The notes under the pieces are model-generated. The model had not been told where the DNA came from and did no database searches. It was given only the letters and a program-made list of their open reading frames with translations. A DNA stretch of 63,099 nt, filler included. It is 8 parts of 8 records of this genome, joined end to end, with 100 filler letters (N's around TTAATTAATTAA, not from the genome) between each part and the next. Parts side by side here need not be neighbours in the genome. Positions count along the whole stretch, not along the records: positions 20,535 to 28,421 come from SRR31156797_19910; positions 28,522 to 36,320 come from SRR31156797_19930; positions 36,421 to 43,389 come from SRR31156797_19940; 5 more parts are not named here. One strand, written 5' to 3'. Each line of letters begins with the position of its first letter. Within the stretch, counting starts at the first letter, position 1. The position numbers and the translations under genes are program-made. Positions 28,255-36,583 of this stretch are shown piece by piece.

Positions 28255-28284
28255 TTCGTTGTTCGCAAAATTACGAACAATATT
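28255..28284 (-). promoter_or_regulatory. ArsR-like box overlapping a Bacteroidota -7 promoter element
   Basis: TTGTTCG-CAAAATTA-CGAACAA (28259-28280). The minus strand reads TAATTTTG (TAnnTTTG) inside it. Confidence 0.75.
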
Positions 28285-28294
28285 CTAAAAAAAA

Positions 28295-28421
28295 CTATTC
28301 GGGGAACATATTTTTAAACAGAATTCTTGCCCGTTCCCAATTTGCACGATTAATACAATACTTAATTTTAGGCGATTCAATTTCACCCTGGATTAAACCG
28401 GCATCTTTTAATTCTTTTAAA
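28295..28421 (-). CDS. arsR: ArsR/SmtB family regulator, 3' fragment cut by the contig edge (missed by the ORF track)
   Basis: My translation: LKELKDAGLIQGEIESPKIKYCINRANWERARILFKNMFPE-stop. Confidence 0.85.
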
Positions 28422-28521
28422 NNNNNNNNNNNNNNNNNNNNNNNNNNNNNNNNNNNNNNNNNNNNTTAATTAATTAANNNNNNNNNNNNNNNNNNNNNNN
28501 NNNNNNNNNNNNNNNNNNNNN
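28422..28521. other. Artificial contig linker
   Basis: N44-TTAATTAATTAA-N44. Confidence 0.99.
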
Positions 28522-28728
28522 GATTTATTTTTCTATTTGTCAACAGGTCCTTATTATCCTTGTATTCTTCACCGAGCTTGTTTCTCAGTTTTTCTTGTTT
28601 CTCTTTTCTTCGGAGCAGTTCTTCTTTTAGTGGATTACTAATAAAAATCTTTCGTATACTTGAACGTGTCTTTGGGTTTTTAGGGTTAATGTGCTTTTTG
28701 CATTGGGGTCAATATTACCGAATACGTG
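28522..28728 (-). pseudogene. Tyrosine integrase remnant (frameshifted)
   Basis: HVFGNIDPNAKSTLTLK / PKTRSSIRKIFISNPLKEELLRRKEKQEKLRNKLGEEYKD resembles the K-PKT-SS-RKI catalytic-Lys region of Firmicutes ICE/phage integrases. Confidence 0.6.
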
Positions 28729-29065
28729 AGTGATTTAGGTTCAAAGTCCAAAAATTAATGACACAAGGCACTTCACGGTATTTTTTTCCATGTATCAAAC
28801 TCGCAACTCTTAACGTTTTTACAGTACAATAGTGGATTTGATATAATTGAAAAAAAGGCATATACGTTTGAAAAAAAATTACTTTGTAAAGCTGATAAAA
28901 CACACAAATAATGTTTACCATATAGACAAGCGAAAAAAATATATTACAGATGAGAGATTGAATCCAACTTACAAAACCTTATAAATAATCTCATTAGTTT
29001 AAGCAATAAAAGGACTCCACGAATTAATATTTAGATATGGGATAAATGCCTTAAATAAAGTAAAG

Positions 29066-29109
29066 AGCAATTCCGCCACCAGAGTTTACTGAGTAAAAGC
29101 GGAATTGCT
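29066..29109 (-). terminator. Inverted repeat, probable terminator of the ABC operon
   Basis: AGCAATTCCGC...GCGGAATTGCT (11-bp arms), about 50 bp downstream of the permease stop. Confidence 0.5.
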
Positions 29110-29156
29110 AATGGTATTTGAATTTTATCAAGTTAATACTAATTTATTAGTTTGAA

Positions 29157-31745
29157 TCAAGTCATATCATCCCGAAGTGCGTCAATAATATTTTCTTCTT
29201 TTATCTTGCTTATGGCATATAGCATTGTAATGAATACCACAAAGAATACGCCAAACATGCTGATTCCAATACTTTTCCATGGAAATATGAAACCGATGTC
29301 AGCTCCGCCCATTATTAATCCTTTGTAAATCAGCCAAGAAAGAATTCCCACTATTGGAAGTCCGAAAAGCAATGTCCTCATGCCATAAAAGGCACACTCG
29401 AAATTCATCATCTTTTGGAAATCACGGTCAGACATTCCTACGGACCGGAGCATGGCAAGTTCTCGTCTGCGCAGCCTGATATTTGTGGAAATGGTGTTGA
29501 ATACATTGGCAATTGCAATCAACGAAATCATAAGGGTAAAGACATATGTGAACACATCAACTACGAAAATGATATTACGATTCTGTTCAAGCATTTTGTG
29601 TACATTGTACAGGGTATACTGAGATGTAATTCCAGCACTTTGAATCATCGTTTCCATTTCTGATACTGATTGCGAAGGGTTATTTGACATAAAAGTTAAT
29701 CCCAGCTCCTCCTTGGCATCGGAAGCTTCAAACTTTTCTTTTAGCTGATAGGGAGCAACCACCATAAATACATATTGCTTCACCGTTGAAGAGTTCCTTG
29801 GAAGAGTATCAACAGGTATTGTATCAACAAATGTAATGTCTATATTTTGCTCTTGTTCCGTATTTGGCTCGCCATTTACAACAGGAGTGATAGTGAAATT
29901 CATTGAACGATTTGAAAACATATTAATTAGCTCAATCTTTCCATCTTCTGTACTGTCAACTTTTTTTGCTTTGTCAACGCCAATCATTTTTGCATTTTGA
30001 CCTGTATATTCCTCAGCAGATAAGCCTAGACTTTCGATAAAACTTAGATAAACGCTCTCCTCGACAAACTGGATGTCCATTGACAGATTAGTAGTTTCGT
30101 TTATTAAATCATAACCCAAGTATTCCCGGTAGTCATCTGAAAAATCACTTGCTTTTACTGCACATGAATACGTCAAAATCGCTTGATAGGAACTTTCGTA
30201 AATCCCTTCGGCAGATTTTAATTCATCATAAAGCCTGAACATTTCGTCTTCATTCATGTCTTGAGTGTAGAAACAGATGTCATAGTCATTTTGCACTACT
30301 GAACGTTCCGCTGCCTGTTTGAGATGTGTTCCGAAAGCACTTGCTGATACAAACAGTACCACGCTTAAAGTGAGTGATAATATGATGCTGCGGTAGCGTT
30401 TTTTGTTTCTTTTGAAGTTCTTTAGTGCCAGAATACCCTCCAAGCCATAAATTCTCTCTGTGAGCTTTGAAGTTTTTACTGCTTTGGACTCGATTTTGAC
30501 CTCTTTTGTCTGACGAATACTCTCCATCACGGGAGTGTTTGCAGCTTTTTTAGCTGGAATATAGGCTGAAATTAAAATCGTAATCATACTTACCGCTGCC
30601 GCAATGATAATTGAAGGGATGGACACTGTCATAGTTAAGGGCACAGTGCTGTAAAGAAGATTCCCAAAATTTCTGGCGACAACGGAAATTACTAGTCTGA
30701 TATTGCCAATGCCGACAATAATACCAATCGGCACACCGATAGCACTAATGCAAAGTCCCTCGAATAGTACCGAATTTCGCAGCTGCTTTGCTGTGGCTCC
30801 TACAGATGAAAGAATTCCAAACTGACGTGTACGCTCATTCAGCGATATGTTGAATGAATTATAAATCAGAAAAATCGAACCTATCATGATTAAAGCAACT
30901 AAAACACCGCCAACTGAATATAGAAGTGCGTTGAACATATTATCGTTTGAAAGACCCATAAAGCGAAGCACGTCATCATTAAATACATATGCATGGTCTT
31001 CTTCTGCTTTGCTTGCGTAAGTATGGACTTTCCGTGGATTTGTAAGTGTGACAAATATACTGAAGTTATCCTCTTGAGTCGATGGGGCTGAAGCTGTTAT
31101 CAAGGTATATCCGGGGGCTGAGTATTCCTCAAAAGCTGGTCTTTGACAAATTCCGACAACTGTGTAAGTTCTTTCGGTTTTTGACATTAAAGTTTCTTTG
31201 TTCTCACCAGATTCCACATCGGGAACAAAGGGATCATGCTGACCAAGATTTTCACTGGACCTCATACGACTTCCAACTGAAAGCGACAGAGTGTCACCGA
31301 CAGATATTTTTACACCGCCGTTTGCTGCAACGTGTGCTGGTATAAGAATCTCTCCGCTGTTTTGGGGAAGTCTGCCTGAAATCAGTGTTATGGGCAAGGT
31401 ATCAAAGGCTTCCTCGCTGAATCCAGCTATAAAAAGATATGGTTTGTTAGGGTTCTTTCCGCCTTCAAGCATTGCATAACCTATATTTTCAAGTACTGTG
31501 GTTTCTGTAACATTATCGTCGTTGGTTATTTTCTGTACGAAAGAAGAATCGACATCCAAAAACTCGACGTGCCAAGCACCATGCTGCACAATTGCACCGT
31601 TTACCATATAATTTTGCAGGGAAATGGCAAAGGTAGCGACTGCCGAAATCATGGCTGCGGATAAGATTACTCCGATAACCGTAACTATTGTCCGTGTACG
31701 GCTTTTTTTCATTCCCTGCAGGGTAATTTTGTTGAAAATGTTCAT
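29157..31745 (-). CDS. ABC transporter permease with two FtsX-like domains (SalY/antimicrobial-peptide type)
   Basis: RTIVTVIGVILS, ERTRQFGILSSVGAT, ALKNFKRNKKRYR and RRRELAMLRSVGM. ATGA overlap with the ATPase. Confidence 0.92.
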   Translation of the reverse strand: MNIFNKITLQGMKKSRTRTIVTVIGVILSAAMISAVATFAISLQNYMVNGAIVQHGAWHVEFLDVDSSFVQKITNDDNVTETTVLENIGYAMLEGGKNPNKPYLFIAGFSEEAFDTLPITLISGRLPQNSGEILIPAHVAANGGVKISVGDTLSLSVGSRMRSSENLGQHDPFVPDVESGENKETLMSKTERTYTVVGICQRPAFEEYSAPGYTLITASAPSTQEDNFSIFVTLTNPRKVHTYASKAEEDHAYVFNDDVLRFMGLSNDNMFNALLYSVGGVLVALIMIGSIFLIYNSFNISLNERTRQFGILSSVGATAKQLRNSVLFEGLCISAIGVPIGIIVGIGNIRLVISVVARNFGNLLYSTVPLTMTVSIPSIIIAAAVSMITILISAYIPAKKAANTPVMESIRQTKEVKIESKAVKTSKLTERIYGLEGILALKNFKRNKKRYRSIILSLTLSVVLFVSASAFGTHLKQAAERSVVQNDYDICFYTQDMNEDEMFRLYDELKSAEGIYESSYQAILTYSCAVKASDFSDDYREYLGYDLINETTNLSMDIQFVEESVYLSFIESLGLSAEEYTGQNAKMIGVDKAKKVDSTEDGKIELINMFSNRSMNFTITPVVNGEPNTEQEQNIDITFVDTIPVDTLPRNSSTVKQYVFMVVAPYQLKEKFEASDAKEELGLTFMSNNPSQSVSEMETMIQSAGITSQYTLYNVHKMLEQNRNIIFVVDVFTYVFTLMISLIAIANVFNTISTNIRLRRRELAMLRSVGMSDRDFQKMMNFECAFYGMRTLLFGLPIVGILSWLIYKGLIMGGADIGFIFPWKSIGISMFGVFFVVFITMLYAISKIKEENIIDALRDDMT

Positions 31746-32425
31746 GGTCGCACCCTCTCGTCCCGTACTACTTTTCCGTCTGATATGCCGATAATACGGT
31801 CTGCCTGCAGTGCGATATTTTCGTCATGGGTGACGAGGAGCAGGGTTTGTTGGTATTTTTGATTGCTTAGTTTCAACAGATTGATTATTTCATGTCCATT
31901 TCGGCTGTCCAAACTTCCCGTGGGTTCATCAGCAAGCATGACTGCCGGTGCATTCATCAAAGCACGTCCTATGGAGACACGTTGTTGCTGACCGCCTGAA
32001 AGCTGATTGGGTAAATGTGTTTTACGATTTTGCAACCCAAGCATTTTGAGCAGGTCATTCAGCCTTTCCTCATTAACCTTGCGCTTGTCCATTAGGATAG
32101 GTAATGTAATGTTTTCCACCACGTTTAAAGTAGGGATTAGGTTGTGGAACTGGTAAATCAGTCCAACTTGCCTTCTGCGGAAAATGGCGAGATTTTCATT
32201 GCTTTTTGAATATACATCCTGTCCGTCCAAATACACCTTTCCGCTTGTCGGTATGTCCACGCCGCCTATCATGTGAAGCAATGTGGATTTACCGGAGCCG
32301 GAAGCACCGATAATCGCAGTGAATTCCCCTCTTTTAATAGTAAGCGAAACATTGTCAAGCGCAACAACCTGATTTTTGCCTTCGCCGTAGTACTTGCATA
32401 TATTTTCAATTCTTAAGAAATCCAT
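31742..32425 (-). CDS. ABC transporter ATP-binding protein (LolD/SalX type)
   Basis: GASGSGKST, LSGGQQQR, LADEPTG and VTHD. AAGGAG RBS before ATG 32425. Confidence 0.95.
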   Translation of the reverse strand: MDFLRIENICKYYGEGKNQVVALDNVSLTIKRGEFTAIIGASGSGKSTLLHMIGGVDIPTSGKVYLDGQDVYSKSNENLAIFRRRQVGLIYQFHNLIPTLNVVENITLPILMDKRKVNEERLNDLLKMLGLQNRKTHLPNQLSGGQQQRVSIGRALMNAPAVMLADEPTGSLDSRNGHEIINLLKLSNQKYQQTLLLVTHDENIALQADRIIGISDGKVVRDERVRP

Positions 32426-32473
32426 TATGTAAGTCTCCTTTCTCATGTTTTACCCATATAATAAAACCTTCAA

Positions 32474-32500
32474 CTTACATCTACGTGACTTTCAGGTGAG
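32474..32500 (-). promoter_or_regulatory. Putative response-regulator binding site for the ABC operon
   Basis: Minus strand CTCAC-ctgaaa-GTCAC-gtagat-GTAAG: 11-bp periodic half-sites resembling BceR/OmpR-type boxes. Confidence 0.45.
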
Positions 32501-32507
32501 AGATATA

Positions 32508-33497
32508 TCACTTTGGGAAACGAATGAAGAAGACTGCACCGCCCTGAGGGTGATTTTTTGCGGTAATCGTTCCGCCTTGTCGTGTAATAATCATTTTGCA
32601 TAGAGCTAATCCAATACCGTATCCTGCAGCATTAGAATTTTTTCCACGATAATACCTGTCAAATAGGCAGGGGAAATCTTCTTTTTTAAAGCCTGCACCA
32701 TTGTCGTGGATGGCAATCTCGGTAAACAGAGGGTTGTATTCACAAATAATCTCAATCTTTCCGTTATCGCCTGCGCTTTCTATGCAATTTTTCAGGATGT
32801 TTTGAAGTGCTTGTGAAAGCCAATTAGAATCTCCATTAATAATCATTCCTTCTGGTGCATCTATCTGTACATAAATATTATGCAGTTCCATTGAGATTAG
32901 AAACGGGTGAAGTGAGGTGTGTATTAAGTTGTTTACATCTATCTGTTCACTTTGGAACGCCACAATTTCTGCATCAAGGCGTGATAATTTCAACAGAGAA
33001 GTAAGCAGCCAATCCATCTGTGCAAACAAATTCTCCGTTTCCCGCATTAAGGCTTTCCTTTCGTTTTCGTTAGGGGTATTCTCTAACAATGATAGAATAA
33101 GGTTTACAGATGTGAGAGGAGTGCGGAGCTGATGAGCTATGTCAGCCAGCGAATCGGCAAGATGTTTTTTTTCTTTTTTTAGTGCATTGTTTTGCTCTCG
33201 AATACGCAGCGTCATTTTCGTTATTTCACTTTGCAGAATAGAGAGTTCTCCCTCATTTGATTCACCAATATACAGATGGTCAGCGTTATGAAGCACGAGA
33301 TTGATTTGATCAGAAATTTGCGCAATGTTTTTATATCGGGCTTTGGTAAATATAAAAAATAGTGTGCCCAAAGCTACAGTAAAGGCAATAGCAAGGATGC
33401 CAGCCTCTGTATTTATTACAAATCCTAGTGTTACAGCGACGACAGCTATTAAAGAAAATGAAATGGCAAACTGCCGAAATTCTCTATTTCGAAGCAT
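32508..33497 (-). CDS. Intramembrane-sensing histidine kinase
   Basis: Two N-terminal TMs with a very short loop, DIAHQLRTPL, NILKNC, DNGAG and GIGLAL. Confidence 0.93.
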   Translation of the reverse strand: MLRNREFRQFAISFSLIAVVAVTLGFVINTEAGILAIAFTVALGTLFFIFTKARYKNIAQISDQINLVLHNADHLYIGESNEGELSILQSEITKMTLRIREQNNALKKEKKHLADSLADIAHQLRTPLTSVNLILSLLENTPNENERKALMRETENLFAQMDWLLTSLLKLSRLDAEIVAFQSEQIDVNNLIHTSLHPFLISMELHNIYVQIDAPEGMIINGDSNWLSQALQNILKNCIESAGDNGKIEIICEYNPLFTEIAIHDNGAGFKKEDFPCLFDRYYRGKNSNAAGYGIGLALCKMIITRQGGTITAKNHPQGGAVFFIRFPK

Positions 33498-34170
33498 TCC
33501 CGTCCCCCAATCTATATCCTGTTCCTCGAACTGTCAGGATGATTTGCGGATTTGCAGGAGTGTTCTCAATCTTTTCCCGCAGGCGTTTAATATACACGGT
33601 TAATGTATTGTCATTGACAAACTCGCCTGCAGCGTCCCACAATTCGTCGAGCAGTCTGCTCCTTGTTATAATACTATTGGGATTGTTAATAAATATCAGC
33701 AGCAAGCGATATTCTAAGGCTGAAAGAAAAATCTCACTGCCGTTCTTTTTCACTATGCCGTTAGCCATATCGATATGAAGCCCGGAGATTTCAAAGGCTG
33801 ATGGCACACGTCCGCTTTTTCGAAGGGCAGTTTCAATTCGTGCAATTAGTTCACGTGGACGAAATGGCTTGGTGATATAGTCGTCAGCTCCCATATTCAG
33901 CCCAGTAACGACACTAGCTTCATCGCCAGAAGCTGTCAGAAAGATAACAGGAATATCTTGCGCAGCTTTGATTTCTGTACAAACAGTAAAACCGTTTCCG
34001 TCAGGCAGAGAAATGTCAATTAATGCCAGGTCAAATTTATTTTCTGAAAGCATGGTGAGAGCTTCACATCTTGTAGATGAGTGGGTAACTGTAAATCCCT
34101 CTGTGCGAAGCAAAAGTATAAGGTTTTTTGCAATTGCTTTATCGTCCTCAACCAAAAATATCCGTTTCAT
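33484..34170 (-). CDS. OmpR-family response regulator
   Basis: LVEDD, DISLPDGNG, GADDYITKPF and winged helix LTVYIKRLREKIE..TVRGTGY. Confidence 0.96.
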   Translation of the reverse strand: MKRIFLVEDDKAIAKNLILLLRTEGFTVTHSSTRCEALTMLSENKFDLALIDISLPDGNGFTVCTEIKAAQDIPVIFLTASGDEASVVTGLNMGADDYITKPFRPRELIARIETALRKSGRVPSAFEISGLHIDMANGIVKKNGSEIFLSALEYRLLLIFINNPNSIITRSRLLDELWDAAGEFVNDNTLTVYIKRLREKIENTPANPQIILTVRGTGYRLGDGNASK

Positions 34171-35232
34171 TTATTTTCACCATCCTTTACTTCTTATATA
34201 TTATCTGCCATTAGTCTTTTTAGAACCAGAAGAAACAAGCTATATAATGCTTATAAGTTTTATCAGTTTGCTCCATAGAGCAATGGTATACTATTATTTT
34301 GTCTGTGATACTCTATTTTTTACAGTATCTTTTGTTGATATATATTCTGCGTATAACAAATCTATAGCTCTATTGTATTTCTTTTGACGAAAATATACAA
34401 GTCGAGTAGAATAATATGCGGATAGATGAGAATCAGATAGTGTGGAAGTATAATATAAGATATATGATTTTTATCGTTTAACTATACTTGCTTATTTTGC
34501 TTATTTAGTAATTTTCGGTAATAGCATTTTACTGTTTTGTAGGTTTTCAATAAATGCAAGTACAACTTCTAGCAAAGAATTAAATTGCTATACATTATGG
34601 GGAGTTATTATGCCTTTCTGTGATTCTTGCTTCTGTAAATAAATATATTAACATTTAATTAATATATTTGTTTATAAATAGTGAATTATATACCAAGGCA
34701 TTATATCCAGTAAAATCTAATAATGTATAAGGGCTTAAAGAGTTGTTGAAAAACAGTTTGTAATGCTGGTTTGAGGAATTCAAGTAAAACTACTCGTTAA
34801 AATTTTGCTTTTGAAAGAATAATTTCTAATACTTATTGTATTTAGTTAGCATAGAATATATTGTAACAATAGATACAAATATATCGATTAGCATGCTAAA
34901 CAAATAAAAATAAGACAAGAACATGAATTAAAGATTAATAATATATGAATATAGGATTATTAGATTGTCATATATTACGGAATTTAATGTATTATTTTAA
35001 TATAGTGTGGCAATATTAATTAATTGTTGTAAAATATTACTATGCAAGCGTAATCGGTTTAGGTATACTTATTTATGTGAAAATTACCATGTGTAGATTG
35101 TAAATAATGTAATTACTATGCAGAATGTACGCAATTATACAATTTGGAAAGAATAGTTAGGTACAGTTTTGATTAAACTGTTTGTTTTCATGTTTTGACA
35201 TATTGAAAAATAGAAAAGGAAATTTCCGCTAT

Positions 35233-36320
35233 ATGAAAAAAGGAGAATCATTTATTAAAGGTTTACGATTTGTTTATTTACGAAAAATCTTAATAAGTAT
35301 TTTAATAACTGCTATAGTACTTACTGGGCAATTATCTAACACGGCTTTAGCTGTGGTACCTGATGTTGTGCCAATTACAAGCAGTAATACATATGAAAAT
35401 TCAGTTTATAATAATAATTCGCCATTAGGTACTGCTGGCGGATTCCATTTATTTGCATTTAACTCGGTCACTACTAATTCTCATGTAAATGGTAATATTG
35501 CAACAAGAGAATTAGATTATAATAGTAACTTTGGTACTGGTGGTTACGATGAAATATCATACTTTCATGATATTGGTCCAGGTTATTCAAGCTATATGTG
35601 CGGTCCTACTACCAGTTCAGTTGTGGCTGTGGGTACGGGGATAACCGTAACAAAAGTTGATGGTGGTAATCATTATGCTTTAGATGGAACCAAAATGGAC
35701 AGACCGGAAAATGCCTGGCAGGACACTTCCACTGATGTCTTTTTGGATTTTAATGATGTTTATAATGAAACTGTTAGTATAAGTAATAGTATGGCCGCAT
35801 CGACGGACTGTACATCAAATGTAGACTTCTCTGATATGAATGATCGCAGAATAAATGTTACTGATTCAACTGGATTGAGTGTCTGTACACTTACACCTGC
35901 ACAAATCCAGTCAGTAAGTACACAAATTAAAGTTTATGGATATAATAATGATAGTACAGATGGTGCATTAATAATAAATGTTGATATGAATGGAGCATCA
36001 TCATTACAAATACCTGGCTCAAGAATTTGGTATTCGGATGGTTCTGTATCATCAATACAGGAAATTACTGTTTGGGAAACTGCAAATGTGGTATGGAATA
36101 TTTATGACTCAACAGAGGCGGATAACCTATACAGAGGTACTATATCAAATAATTCAGCAGTAACGGGACATATTCTTGCACCAGAAGCTACAGTAACTAT
36201 AAATCAAAACCTAAACGGTACAGTAATAGCAAAGGATATTATTGTAAATGCTGAGTCACACAGAAATGACTTTGTTGGTGGTATTACATTTACAGGCAGC
36301 ATTAGCTTTACAAAAACTGA
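35233..36320 (+). CDS. Choice-of-anchor A domain surface protein (collagen-binding adhesin-like), 3' truncated
   Basis: Signal peptide from ATG 35233, PLGTAGGFHLFAF..HVNGNIA, VVWN, GHILAPEATV, NLNGTVIA and AESHRNDF. Confidence 0.78.
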
Positions 36321-36420
36321 NNNNNNNNNNNNNNNNNNNNNNNNNNNNNNNNNNNNNNNNNNNNTTAATTAATTAANNNNNNNNNNNNNNNNNNNNNNNN
36401 NNNNNNNNNNNNNNNNNNNN
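36321..36420. other. Artificial contig linker
   Basis: N44-TTAATTAATTAA-N44. Confidence 0.99.
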
Positions 36421-36583
36421 CTTTATAGGGAGTGGAAAGCAAAGGAGTAAAAACTCTACACTTTTATTTTTTTCTTTTTCCAAGAAAAGCTCTTTATAAT
36501 AGTTTCTAAAGTTATTTACACTATACTTATAATTATTTCTTATAAATTATAATGAAAGTAAATAACTATTATAAAGGATCTCT

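Noticed and set aside
28239-28280. ORF-track extension of the small thioredoxin to 28280
   Set aside because: The extension lies over the operator/promoter, and the family begins at MEIIVLG (28238).
2288-28421. One large arsenic system linking the Acr3-like gene of contig 1 with the ars island of contig 3
   Set aside because: They are separated by artificial linkers and come from different phyla.
34171-35232. c-di-GMP riboswitch upstream of the adhesin gene
   Set aside because: I found no GGCAAA..GAAA..GACGCAAA (class I) or GGGCACTT..GTGCAA (class II) cores by eye. An Rfam scan would settle it.
36321-36372. ORF ends containing X runs (also 43441, 49183, 49184 and 57690)
   Set aside because: Their stops come from the artificial linker. 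These genes are truncated by the assembly and are not pseudogenes.
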